From Dimorphilus gyrociliatus (Eukaryota > Animalia > Annelida): 64,000 nt of DNA. Location of the stretch: assembly GCA_904063045.1 (NCBI GenBank), contig CAJFCJ010000002.1:496001-560000 (forward strand), in the 5' to 3' direction. The notes below the pieces were generated by a model. It was not told the DNA's origin, ran no database searches, and was given only the letters and a program-made list of their open reading frames with translations. The translations under genes were made by a program, and so were the position numbers. Of this stretch, positions 24,701 to 39,700 are shown piece by piece; position 1 is the first letter of the stretch, and each line of letters begins with the position of its first letter.

Positions 24701-27700
24701 TTATCTTTTCTCCTTGTTAAGATGGCCGAAAATACGCCAGCGGGAACAACCCTTTTTTCTGTGGTTGCTGCAGATGTTGACTTTGATAGCACTTTGACTT
24801 ATTCAAAGGGATGTGAGTGATTTTTAGTACTCTATGTGCTCTTTTAATTATACGATATAAATTGTAGCGGGAGATTCAAATAACGAATTTGCAATTGAAA
24901 GCGATGGAAAAGTTGTCCTTTTGAAACATATTGACTATGATACTCTAGCTGATCCAAAGTACATTACTTTTGAAGCGATTGCAAATGATGGAACAAATCA
25001 AGCAACAGCTACTGTTCAAGTGAACGTAACAAACGTATCAGATCTGACACCAAGCTGTAACCCTGCAACACTAGCTCCTAATGTAAGCGAGACTGCCTTG
25101 GTTGGTCATATCGTTGTTCAACTAGACTGCTTAGACGATGGAACTTTATCATATTCAATTACAAGCGGAAATACAAACTCAGCTTTCATGTTGGTTAACA
25201 ATCAAGTACAAGTCAGTGATACTGGGTCTGGTTCAACAGGTAAGTTAAATAGTCTAAAACATAGAACTCAAGCCTATTTGATATATCTTTCTCTCTATAT
25301 ATATATATCCTAGACTTGGATTTTGATTTTGGAACAAGAATCTACGATTTGATTACGGCTGTTTCTGATGGAACCAATACTATAAACGTTCCGATTACCA
25401 TTTCTGTTATGCCTGTCGATGAAGGTCCCCCCGTATTTACCAATGCCTCTATTGACATCTCAGAAGATGCCAAAATTGGAGCGCTTGTTACTACCTTCAT
25501 AGCTACAGATGTCGATAAAGACGTACATGATATTCAAACTTATATCATTTTAGACGGCAATGTGGAAGGAAAATTTATCATAAATTCGAAAACAGGAGAA
25601 ATTACTATAGCAGATTTGTTAGATTATGATGCAGGTACAAAGGCATACGATCTTAAGATCCGAGCATTCGATGGGACAAACTATGGAACTGGATTCCTTA
25701 CTGTTAATGTTCAAGACACAAATGATAATATTCCTACTTGTTCCCAAAGCGTATTTATAAATAATACATTATCCGAGAAGTCTGTTGTAAATACATTTGT
25801 TATGGATTTGACATCCTGTCACGATGTCGATGATGGAGTCAATGGTGAATTTGACTTTTCTATGACTGGTGATAGTGGTAATTTCCAAATCGCAAGTAAA
25901 ACTCTATCAACAAAAACAACGTTGGATTATGAGTCTACATCTATGTATTCTCTGATTATCAAAATGACAGACAGAGCTGCTAGTGCTCCTAAGAAAACTG
26001 GAACAATTACAGTTTTAGTTTATGTAAGTGTGTAAGCTTTCTTTAAACTGCACTGTATAGGTATATTTTCCATTAGCTTATTCCTGAAAATGATAACACT
26101 CCGGTTTTTGAAGCTTTCGTTCCTGTATATAACCCAGCTACACACTATTCAATTGATGAAAGTATAGCAGTTGGAACATCGGTCGCTAGAATTGCTGCTT
26201 CTGATGCAGATTTACCTGCTAATTCAGACGATGCGAAAATTGCATTTAGCATAAAATTAATAACGGCTAGTTTAGTAAATACATCTTCGGTTGCTGACGA
26301 ATCATTTAAAATTGAAACTGAGAGTGGAATAATTAAAACCACAAAAGAAATCGATCGGGATACTTCAACCGGAGTTGAATATTTTGAGCTGGTTGTCATG
26401 GCCTCCGATCAGGGAAATCCTTCAAATTCAATTGAAAGCACAATTAGAATTATAGTTACTGATGTTAATGACAATAATCCAACTTTTCAACAAACTGTTT
26501 ATGAATCGTCTGTAAATGAGGGATCTGGTATCGGAATTTCGGTACAACAACTTGCAGCTGCAGATATTGACCAGAATCCTGTGTTTACTTATAGCATACA
26601 ATCGGGAGATGAGGGATTTTTTACAGTTCATGCTAATTCAGGACTCATATCGACGACAGCGAATGCCATTAACCTTGATCATGGAACAGCTGACAGCGCT
26701 TCGTATACTTTAATTGTTACTGTTTCAGATGGTCAATCTACAGCGAAAACAGCAACCGCGACCGTTTTTATACAAGTATCTCCTACCAATGACGCAACCC
26801 CAGTGTTCAATCCTATTGTCAATCCGTCAATAGCAGAAACAGTTTCTGTTGGAGAAGTTATTGGAGGTGTAACTGCCACTGATGATGACTATTCGATAGA
26901 TGGACAAATTAAATATTTTAAAACCAGTCCAGATAATATGTGGAACGTAGATCAGATATCAGGTGACATAACTCTAGCTAAGCCGATCAATTATGAAAAT
27001 GCCAGTGAGCATGAGATAGTAATAGAAGCAAGAGATCAGGCACTATCTAATGCAAAAACTGCAACTGCGACGGTTACCGTATCCGTGACAGACGTTTCTG
27101 ACGAAGCACCAACTTGTCAACAGTACTCTTTTATTGTCAATCTTTTGGAAAATTCAACAGTTTCTAGCCAAGTAAGTTTATTTTATATAACAAAGTTATT
27201 CAATAATTGACACAAGCAAGTTGACCTTACTTAGAAAATACCTTTTAGTAAAAAAAGTAAGTTGGTGTGAACGTTGAAAGATCAACGATTTTCTATAAAA
27301 GTGTTCCGTTTGGTGTGGCAGTAGGTCTGTGGGATTCCATAAAAACATTAATGTGTTTACCCTAAAAAAGCTGCAATTTTGTCCAGAAATTCATCGCCCT
27401 CTCATGTATTGCCCTTTGCTAAAAACAAACTATACTATAGAGTATAGGTACTGGGCGCTATATGACATGTGACTCTTTTAAGATATAAACATGAAATTCT
27501 CACAAAAAGTACACAATAGAATATACTTTTACTGGCAATTTTATTTTCACTCCGTAAACTATTTTAAAACATTGGACAAACGCATTTTAAATAGCGAAAG
27601 ACTTATACTATATACTTTATAACAGACTGGCATTGACATTAATTGTGAGGATGTTGACCTAATGGATGTTCCTGTGTATAGTTTTGTATCAGCTGTCAAT

Positions 27701-30700
27701 GATTTTTACGTAAATTCTACAACAGGAGTTGTTACAGTTGCTAGAGGTACATATAGTATATAAGATTATTTTTAAAAATACCACATATAATACAACAATT
27801 CCCTTTAATAGAACTTGACTACGATATAATACCAAGAGCATATCAATTTAAAGTTCGAGTTACATCAAATGGAACAATGACTGATATACCTTGTACCATA
27901 AACTTAATACCAGTGAATGAATATGGACCTGCGTTTTCTTCAAATCACACTCTTTCAGTACCAGAATCTTCAACTATTGGTTCAGTCATCTATACGTACA
28001 TTGCTACGGATTTAGACGCTGCACCGCATGATATTAAAAAATATGAAATAGCCTCAGTTTCGAACCAGGGAGATGGAAAATTTCATATACAGCAGTTTAC
28101 AGGAGCTATTAAACTGGCTCAGGAATTAGATTTTGAAATTACAAAAATATATGATATTACTGTCGTTGTTGTAGATGGAGGAGGTCTTTCTGGAACTGGT
28201 ACGGTTACCGTGTCAGTTACAGATATAAATGATAATATGCCTGTGTGTAATCAGGCACGTTTTAATGCTTTTGTAGATGAAAACTCTAACACAGGTTTTA
28301 AAGAGTTTTTGAATTTCTAGTAAAATGTCTAAAATGTGTCTTCTCAAAGGTACAAGTGTTATTGATTTGGGAATGTATTGTTCTGATGGTGACGATAACT
28401 CTGGATCCTATGGGAATATTATATATTCCATTCAAAGCGGCGATGATACATTGCAGAAATTTTCCATAAACTCAGCAAGTGGAGTTATAACAACAACAAG
28501 CCAACCTCTCGACACTGAGGTAAAAGATCGATACGTATTGACAATTCAGGTTTCTGATGGAACATTCCAAAAAACTTACGAACTTTTGATAACAGTTTGT
28601 ATATCTTTTTAGTATTTATTCTTTAAGTTGAAGGTGTATCATGCCACAGATAAATGGTTTAAATGAGCATGTTCCAACTTTTAATCCATTACCTAGTAAT
28701 CAAACTATTAGCGAATTAGTACCCGTTGGAACAGTTGTTACAACGCTCTCAGCGATTGATAATGACAAAATAAATACATCTCATTCTTCTTTAATATATG
28801 GACTTGTTACAGTTCTTGATTGTAAGTATATTAGTTTGTAGAATAACAGAGATTTGATTTAAGCATTGTAATTTTCAGCTAACGGACTTGATGCCAGGTC
28901 ACTGTTTGCTGTTGATTCTGGAACAGGAGAAGTTATTACTATAAATGCACTAGATATTGATAGCGGTATATCTTATTTTGTGTTGAACGTATCTGTGTCC
29001 AATGCCGGCAGTCTGATGTCCACTTCGTCGTTCAGAATCACTCTTACTGATTCAAATGAACATCATCCAAAATTTTCCAAAGACACATTTATTGCGACCG
29101 TCAATGAGACTGATATACCTGGTACATCTATTATAGATCTCGAAGCGTCTGATTCTGACGCAACTCAAGTTGCTTGGATGTTCTCTATTATTAATGGAAA
29201 TAGTGGAGGATTTTTCAACATCACTAATTCAAACAACATAGCAGTGATAAGAGTTAATAAAACATTAACACCCGATATGGATAAAGTTGACAAGTACATC
29301 CTTCAAGTTGCAGTTTATGATGATTCTCCAGGAGGCTTGGAAACGAAAACAGGAACAACTACAGTTATTATAAATATAAATGGCATAAACAATCATTCTC
29401 CCGTATTTGCAAACAACCCTTGGACTCATGTGAGTATATCAAATAAAATAAAAGTTATACTAAATACTTTGATATAGAATATGCCCGAAAACACTGTTCC
29501 GGGAACGAATATTCTTCAAGTTACTGCTACTGACAATGATTTTGGAATGGACGCTTCTTTGTCCTATTCGGAGATTGGTAAAAAATAAAATGCATAATTT
29601 TATCATGTAAGTGATATCATTTATTTGAAGGTGGAGATGTCAATGACACTTTTGGTATAAATCCATCCACTGGCCAAGTATACCTAAAGCACCAGCTGGA
29701 TTATGATAGTTTAACACAAGAGCAAAGAACAGTTGAGCTGGTTGTCAAAGCAACAGATGGCGCTGCCACCCCTCATGCCTTGACGGGAACGACAACTGTT
29801 CAAATAACTATCATGAACGTGAACGACACAGTGCCAAGTTGCACACCAGCAGCTATAAGTGCCCCTGTTCGTGAGTCGACCGATGGAGCAGGTTCACTTA
29901 TTGCAACATTTAACTGTTTTGATGACCAAATTTTGACTTATAACATAAAAATGGGGAATGTTGGGAACGCTTTCGATATAGACCCAAGATCAGGCGATAT
30001 AAAAGTCTTCGATCAAGGTGGAAGCACTAGTGGTACGAATTGGATTATTTTTATTATCTTAAATTTATGAAATTCTTCTGTTCTTTTCAGATATTGATTA
30101 CGATAGTCCTACCAAACCCAAGATTTACAGTCTAATTGTAAATATCACTGACGGTAGTGGTAATACAGTGGATATTCCTGTTACAATAAATGTCGTTGCC
30201 GAAAATGAGCATAATCCTATAGCTTCGAATGCAACTGTGTCTATTGCCGAAGATTCTAGCATTGGCGCTGTAGTACATATGTATAGTGCAAATGATGCAG
30301 ACGCATCTCCTCATGATATTGTAAAGTATGAAATCACACAAACCAATCCTCCGTCAGGTAGTGGAAGTTTTACAATTGACCAACTGAGCGGGAAAATTAC
30401 TTTGAGTAAATCTTTGGACTATGACAACTCTGAAAAATTATTTGAATTAGTCATCCAGGTTACTGATGGAGGAGGTTTACTCTCCTCCGGTACGGTTACT
30501 GTTTCTGTTCTTGATGTGAACGACAATGTCCCATCCTGTGAAGCAAATGTATACCATGGAACAATTGCTGAAAACACGCCTCCTGACACTGATGTTTTAC
30601 ACATTACTGGATGCACAGATATTGATACTTTCGGAAATATGGGGGAAATTGAATTTTCCATTGTTAGTGGAGACGATAATAGTCAATTCAAAATTGTTAA

Positions 30701-33700
30701 TTCAACTGGTATAAAATTACAAACTACTACAACAGAACTTGATTATGAAGTTAAAAGTAATTACGACTTAACTGTGCACGTTCAAGATAACAATGGGGCA
30801 GTACCTCGACTAACTGCCGTTATAAAATTGATTGTTGAGGTTACTGGAGTGAATGACCATAGTCCAATTTGGCAAACGTTTACTCCAGCGTATGTTCCAG
30901 TAGTGAAATATTCAATTTCTGAAGATAAGCCAATAGGAACAAGTGTTTTTAAAGCTCAAGCAATTGACAATGATAAATTTGGAACAAATGATTCTGTTCT
31001 TGCTTATTCTATAATTACCATAAATGCTACTTTTAACGGTAAGACGATAACTTGTACACGAACATGTTAGGAACCTATTTTGCTATTTCAGATAATTCTG
31101 AAGCTATTGATCCAACACCAGCACTATTCACTATTGACTCTGCAACAGGAATCGTAAGATTATCCAGAAAGCTTGAAAGAGATACTATAGATTCTGAGAT
31201 GGGCATGAAAGATTGTTCATTATTGATATCAGTTGCTGATAAGGGTGCAATACCGTCTGTAACAACAACTTCAATAATTGTTCTTATAACTGATATAAAT
31301 GATCGAGTTCCCATTCCTGAGCAAGCTATTTATAATATTACTATTTCCGAATCAACGGTCGTAAATCATAATTTGCTAACACTAAAAGCAACGGACCAGG
31401 ATGTAACAGATGATAGCTCTTTCATATATAACATTGAAAGTGGTAACTCTCTGCAAAAATTTCAAATTAATGCATCTTCTGGTTAGTATTATTTATTATT
31501 GTTGCTCATATTCATTAATTTTAAAACAAATAATATAACATAGGAGCTCTGTCTGTTAAGACAGCCTTTGACTTGGATGCAGATACTAATGACCCATCTA
31601 CCTACAATTTACATATATCCATCTCTGATAATGAAGCAGCGGCTCTTACAGCAACAACATCTGTTGTTATAGTAATTTTACCAACTAACGACTATGATCC
31701 TACTTTCAGTCCAGGAAATTTAGACCCGATATCTGTTAATGAGGGAACGTCTATTTCAACAAGTTTACATCAGATACAGGCCACAGATAAAGATTATGGC
31801 CAAGATGGAATCATAACATATACTATTGTAGATGGAAATTCAGAAAAAATTATAACCTTAGATAGTAGCAACGGAAAAGTGTACCTGGCTAGAAAATTGG
31901 ACTACGATAATCCGTCGTTTATACCGAAACATTATGAATTCACGATTAGGGCGGTTGATTCATCTTTTTCAGTACAGAGGTCGGTCACAGGAACTTTAAC
32001 AATATCTGTGACTGATTTGGGTGATTTGGCTCCTACTTGCGAACAATATGCGTTCAGCGAAACTATTACAGAAAACACAACTGTCGGATACATGGTAGTA
32101 AAATTATTCACTAGAATTTTTATTTACATAAATATAATATTAAACAGATTTTGACTTTAAATTGTACTGATCACGATTCATTTGAAAATGTAACATACTC
32201 AATATTATCTGGGAATGATGCAGGAAAATTTACTATGAGCGGGGCAAACGTACTGCTTCAAGCAGGTAATATACAAAAACAATCTTCAAAATTTAAAACT
32301 TAGTTTTTTATTTCGCTAGATCTCGACTATGAAGAAGAAATACTATATAGTCTTATTATTAATGTGTCATCTCGAGCAGACAGTGTCCTCATTCCAGTTA
32401 CCCTACACGTTACGGGAGTAGAAGATAACAATCCAGTTTTTTATGTAGCCAGTCAAACAGTTACCATTCCTGAAAATGAAAACGTAGGAAACATTATAAC
32501 GAACTGCACTGCTGTTGATGGGGATAGAGGAGTAGAAGGAAAATTAAAATATTCAATCGTAGCTGGTAAATATCGACAACATTTGTTTTTATATCGTAAA
32601 ATATTATATTTTACTCTGTCTTTAAATATTTTCAATGATTTTTCTCAGTTTCTCACAATGGAGGGTCGCTATTTACTCTAGAATCAGCTACTGGAATATT
32701 AATTTTAGCAGGCCCCTTAGATTATGATTCTCAGACAACATATGACATTGTAGTCGAGGCTACTGATCAAACGACATCTATTAATCACACAGTTACAATC
32801 AATATAGAAGACGTAAATGATAATATTCCTAAATGTCCGATGGCGGCCTATTCAGTTCATATAGCCGAAAATTCAGCTCCCTCCCTTCTGGTAAAAGACT
32901 TATCCAACTGTACCGATAGTGATGGAACATCACCATTTCATACCTTTACATTGTCGATAAATAGCGGCGACGATGTTACAAACAAATTTGCAGTCAGTGG
33001 TAAAAGTGTAAGCGATTAAAAATATATGAAATTCTTAAACTACACGAGATGTTTGTCAAAACAGATTTTAACAACATCAAACGTAATAGATTATGAAACG
33101 AAAAATGAATATACTTTAGAAGTGTTTATGATTGACAACAATGCAGGAACTCCAAAACAAACAGGCACGGTGACACTGCTAGTACATGTAAGTTGAAATT
33201 CTTAGGATAGAAAGTATACTAAAGATATTATATTGTATTGCACATTTTGTATTATGGATTTTAATGAAAGATTCTCTGTTGATATTAATTTATTGGCTTG
33301 ATCGAAGTAGCAGAGTTCTATTCGCTAATATGATAACTAGATTCCATGCAAAAGTCTCTCAAAAATAGCTTAAAAAGACTTTAATCATTTAGCTTTAACA
33401 GATTGAAGTATTTTATTAAAGAAATTTGAGACAAATAAACAAAGTATAAAAGTCAATTAGAAAATCATTTGTTATCTGCACTGTATAAATTTATTCACTT
33501 TGTCGCATCATTTATAAAGTCTGTTCAAAAAAAAGGTCTCTCCGGTAAATGAATTCGGGCCCAGTTTCTCTCCAGTCAGTCTTGTTTCTCTTGAAGAAAA
33601 TTCTTCCGTTGGCACATCAGTTGTCACTGTCGTTGCAACAGATGGAGATAGTAATAGTAGTCCTGATGGACAGATATCATATTCGATTGAATCGGCAAAT

Positions 33701-36700
33701 GATAGTAAGAAAAACTATCTCAATACTAAGCACGTGATTTCAGATAACTATTTTTTTCAGGCTCCCTTAACAATGCAATTGAGTTCTTTAGAATAGATCC
33801 AATCGGAGGAAAAATTACTACAACGAAGTTGTTTGATTATGAATCAATAAAATCTTACTCTATATATGTTCAAGCATCTGATGGGAATGTATCACCAATA
33901 ACATCTGTATTACAAGTCGATGTTGCTATAACTGATGTAAATGATAATTCTCCCATTTTCAATCAAAGCACTTACAGCTTTTCAGTCTTGGAAAATGAAA
34001 TAACTAATGCTACAATTCATAAATTTATTGTGACTGATAAAGATTCAGTATCTACGAGCTTTAGTTATGAATTGCAAGCAACAGGGGTAGCAGCAGCTAA
34101 ATTCAGTCTAAAGAATGGTAATACTGATGAGTTGTTACTAAAAGAGCCTATTGAACCTGATGGAAATGCACCAGAGCCTACACAATATCAATTAATTATT
34201 AAATGCAAAGATAATGGAAGCCCTGAAATGACAGCAACAGCAACGATTCATATCACCGTCACTTCTGTAAATGACTACAGTCCTGCCTTTGTTGCTGGTG
34301 TGAGCACTACTATACCTCTACAAGAATCCCAACCTGTTGGAACAAGTTTTCAAACTCTCACAGCCAATGATGATGACTTTGGCCCTGCTGGAGATATAAC
34401 TTACAGTAAAGTAGATGGTACAGATCCTGATGGGTATTTTGTAGTGGACTCAGGCACTGGAAAACTTTTCCTAGCAAGGAAATTAGACTATGAAAACCCT
34501 TTAAATCGTAGTTTGTCTTTTAAAGTACAAGCAATAGACTCGGATTTATCAAGTCCTAGGACAGGTACAATCGAAGTAACTGTTAATGTTGGTGACGATG
34601 ACGATAACCCTCCTGTGTGTCAAGAAAAGTCTGTTACTGTGTCATTTAATGAGACTACTCCAGTTAACACGCTTATTGTTTCGCCCAACCTAAATTGCGA
34701 AGATCCAGATTCAATGGACAACAACCTTATCTACTTGGTAATGGGAAATTTTAATGATGATATAATTGTTGAAAATAATACCGCAGGCGTCATAAAATTT
34801 GCAAATTCTCCAGACTACGAGATTCATAAACAATATAATTTGGAAGTTATTGCAATAAGCAAGGGCAAATCCACAACTGTCTTTGTAACGATAATAATCA
34901 ATCCAATCAATGATAATGATCCGATATTTGCATCGAATATGACTATCAGTAAATCTGAAGATATTCCAGTTGGTGAAATAATTTCAACATATCAAGCCTC
35001 AGACTTGGATTTAGGTGCTGATGGTATAATTACTTACGAAATAAGCAGTGTTACAAATTCTGGCATTATGCACTTCCTGATAAATAGTATCACAGGAGAG
35101 ATAAAACTAAAGAAACAACTGGACTTTGAGCAAAATAAAGATTTTACTATATCTGTTATAGCCACAGATGGCGGAACACCTCCCAGAAAAACTTACGGTT
35201 TCATTAACCTGACGGTAACAGATATAAATGATAATGCTCCAAACTGTTTAATCAAAACAGCAGTCATAGTCCAAGAAGAGGCGACTTCTTTAGGAAATTT
35301 ACCCTTACAACTTATTCCAGATCTTGGCTGTACTGATGCAGATTCTGGTGTAAATGGGGCTTTAAGCTACACCGTCGTTGAAAATTCAGGTGCTAATATT
35401 TTTTCGATAAATCCAGGCTTTTCTGGGAGAGGAGAATTGAATTTGACAAATAGCATGGATTATGAAACGAAGCGTGACTACACTTTGAAAATTACTGTCC
35501 AAGACGGAAGATTAAAATCTGTAGAAATTCCAGTTATCATATCAGTTAAGGCTGTCAATGAAGCCGGCCCTGTGTTATTAAATCAAATAGTCACAGTGAA
35601 AGAGACTGATCCAATCAATACAGATGTAACAGATATGATTGGAACTGATATTGACAGCAATGACCACCCACATGGTACACTAATCTATAGTATTGTTGAC
35701 GGAGACCCAAGTAATAGATTCTTCATTGACCCTCTTAGTGGGAGAGTCAAAATAGCTGGTCCATTAGATAAAGAAATGCAATCAGTATATCATTTAATTA
35801 TAAATGTAATAGAAGTTGCAGAAACAAATTCCATCAATGCAACTCTTACTGTTAACATTGCAAATGAGAACGATAATATACCAAACTGTACTGTCAAATC
35901 TTTCATTGTATCTGTTCCTGAAAATACAATGGTCTCTCCTGTTAATCCTTATGAATTAATCAACCTTGGTTGCTCCGATAGAGACAAAAACAATTTGACT
36001 TATGCTTTAACATTTGGTGATGGCTCCTATTTTGAGGTAAATTCGTCTGGAATAGTCAAGTTGAAGTCTGTTGTTGATTTCGATGGCCCAAGTAACCTTC
36101 GAGAATTCAATCTCGTTATTAGTGTATCAGACACTAATTACACTATCACAATAAGAGGAAAAGTTGTTATTGTCCCTGAGAATGAAGGAACACCAAACTT
36201 CACAGCCAACGTTTTCCTTATAAGTGTTAATGAATCTGCTGGCATAGGTTCAACATTATTAAGAACAGAAGCTACCGATATCGATTCTCCTGACACAAGT
36301 CACGGCAGAATAACTTATTCATTTAGCAATGGGTCACATGAACCATTTATCATTCAACCAGAAACAGCAGATATAATTTTGGCATCAGGTATGTATAATT
36401 TGAAGTATGTTCCCTAAGATTTATAAAGTTTTACATATAGGGCTCGATAGAGAAACTAAAGACTCCTATGAATTTGAGATCAAAGCGTCAGATGGTCAAC
36501 TAAGTTCTTCTGTTTCTGTTACGATCCAAGTGACAGATGTAAATGACAATACACCCAAATTTAATCCCCTAACTTACTTCAAAGCAGTTAGAGAGAACGA
36601 AACAGTTGGTAGCAGCGTGATCACTGTGCATGCTACTGATTTGGATGATCCTTTAACGAATTCTCATGGAAACATATCTTACTCGATCGAATCAGGAAAT

Positions 36701-39700
36701 GTTGGATCAGCTTTTAGCATTAATCCGGTATCTGGCAGAATTGACATCTCAGCATCTCTGGACTATGAAAGTATAAAATCTTATGAGATAGTTACTATAG
36801 CTGTAGATTCTGAAGGATCGGCGGTATCCAAAACAGGAACAACCTTAGTAGTCATAAATATTGAACCATCGAATGATAATATTCCAGTTTTTCAACTAAC
36901 TCCATATTCAACGTCCATACAAGAGAATCTGCCTGTGGGATCGTCAGTATTTCAAGTTAGCGCTACGGATGCCGATGATGACATTGATGGCAGATTGTTT
37001 TTCACAATGAATAATCATCCTAAATTTCATCTAGACTCTGAAACAGGAATCATATCTGTCAAAGCTTTGTCTGATTATGAAATTTTAGACGAGCGATTGT
37101 TCACCTTCACAATTATAGCAACTGATATGGGACAGCCTCCTAATAGTGTTGCTCAAAATCTCACAATAATGATTACAGACGTAAATGATGTAAGTCCTGT
37201 CTGCACGCCTAAGTTATACACTAAAACCTTAAGGGAAGACGCTCCAACTTCAACAATTGTTCTTGCTCCATCTTGCTCAGACGAAGATTCTGGAAGTAAT
37301 GCAGAATTGGAGTATGCAATTTTAACACCTCCAGGCTCATCTGGAGATTTCAACATAAATGCGACAACAGGCGAAGTATCGTTAGGTACAAGCTTAGATG
37401 CTGAAGTTACTCAAAACCACTTGATTTTCATCAGAGTATCAGATCGAGGTACCCCTTCTTTGAGTACAACTGCCAGTATAATGGTTACAGTCACTGATGT
37501 AAATGAACACTTTCCGGACTTTGGTAACTCAACAACAAACATTACTATTAATGAAGATTTATCTGTAGGGTCAACTTTTGCCCAGATAACGGCTACAGAT
37601 GAAGATGTTGAGAAAAAGATATCCTATAGCTTGCATCCCTCATCTGAAACATTTGATATTGATACAAGAACTGGCCAAATTAAACTTTTAAAACAATTAA
37701 ATAGAGAATCGATCAACTTTTACCTATTAACAGTTAGAGCGGTCGACTTTGGTATAATAGACGAAGTTAAATATCTTGACCATAATTTATCAGTAAACAT
37801 TGGAGATATAAATGAGAGGCCAACTTTCTCTCCCACAACATATGTCGTATCATTAGCCGAAAATTTTACAATTGGCAATACTGTTATTGTTGTTTCTGCT
37901 TCCGATGATGACCTTAATGCAGAAGGAACCATAGATTATTCAATATTTTCCGGCAATGCAGAAAATAAATTTTCCATCAGCAAAAACAATGATGGAAATG
38001 GTCAACTTGTTTTATCAGCTGAATTAGATTTTGAAGTTACAAAAGAATATACGTTGACCATTTATGCTGCCGATAACGGAATACCATCTTTAACGTCATC
38101 TGCTATCGTAAATATTAGAGTTACAGGAATAAATGAGGCATCACCAATTTTCAGTCAAAATTTTACAGAATCTATCAGTGAACTAGCTGCAATTGGTCAA
38201 GTCATTCAGACAGAAATTGCAACAGACAGTGATCATGGAATAGATGGTCAAATCATATATTCCCTGCTGGGTAGTGACTCATCGATTGTAACTATTGATG
38301 CAATTACTGCCACAATAAAATTAGTGACTTCTTTAGATAGGGAAGTTAAAGACTCATATACTATGGTTATTCAAGCAATGGATCTAGGGGTTCCTTCTAA
38401 AACTGGAAGCGCTACTTTGGTTTTAACTGTAACAGATAGAAACGATAAAAAACCTGTTTGCTCCCCTGCTTCAATAGTAACTTCATTCCCTGAAGATAAA
38501 ACAGGATCTTTGGTCACATTAAATTGTACGGATCTTGATTCAGCCATTTCTAATTTCAATGTTATTTCATATTCACTATCTGGTAGTGACGCATCTCATT
38601 TCCAGGTTGATTCCAGTACAGGAGAAATAAGTCTTGGAAATGGATTAAACTTCGACTATGAAACAAAAAAATCTTTCAAATTTTCATCCACTGCAATGGA
38701 CGGCGGTGGTAGTCTCTTAAATGTTCCTGTATCCATTCAAATTACTGGAGTAAACGAGCATAGTCCTGCTTTTTCATCGTCTACATTTAATTTAAATATA
38801 TCCGAGAGCACTACTGTTTCTACTTCTGTAGCATCCTACACAGCTGTTGATGATGATCATGGAATAGATGGCGAATTGCGTTATAAGATTTTTTCTGGAA
38901 ATGAGGACAACCACTTCATTTACGACTCAATCAGTGGCGATTTGATAGTAGCTACCGATTTAGATAGAGATATTTTACCCAATAGTTTCTCATTAACATT
39001 GTTCGCTATTGACGCAGGATCTCCGAATAGAACAGGATCAGCAACGCTGCTTATTACCTTGATCGATACAAACGACAACTTCCCAACTTGTAATATCACG
39101 CTATATGGTGGAGTAGTTACAGAAGGAGTTACTTCAAACGGATTCACAATTGTGACTTTATCGCAATTCTGTAGAGACATTGATGAAGGCGTTAATTCTC
39201 AAATAGCTTATACAATAACAAACGGTAACGAAGCAGGTATATTTGAAGTGGATAGCAACACAGGGGAAGTAAGGGTGGCTGACAATACAGCCATTAATGC
39301 AGAAGCGGCTCTAAAACATTACCTAACCGTAAAAGTCGCTGACCAGGGAACACCTGCCAATTATATAGAAGTTTTCATTAGTATCAAAGTTCTTGACACC
39401 AATGAAGCTGCTCCTGTATTCTCTAATGCTCCATATACATCTACTCTAAGAGAAAACTCTGACTTATATGAAAAAGTCTATTTGGCTTCAGCTACAGATA
39501 CTGACAAGGGCATAAACGGAAAGTTTTTCTTCTCAATAGTTGGAGGCAACACCGAGGGAGCATTTCGTATTAACTCGGATACAGGCTTAGTGTACTTAAA
39601 TGGAACACTAGATAGGGAAAGATACGATACTTATAACTTAATTTTAAGAGTAACGGACAAAGGTCCTAATGAACTAAGCAGCGAAACGACTCTTACAGTG

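Noticed and set aside
33519-33536. Purine-rich acceptor (TTCAAAAAAAAG|GTC) considered as a frameshift or alternative acceptor
   Set aside because: Direct use of the AG at 33534-33535 restores a normal LLVH-VSPVNEFGP linker. The upstream AG is out of frame and there is no evidence for its use.
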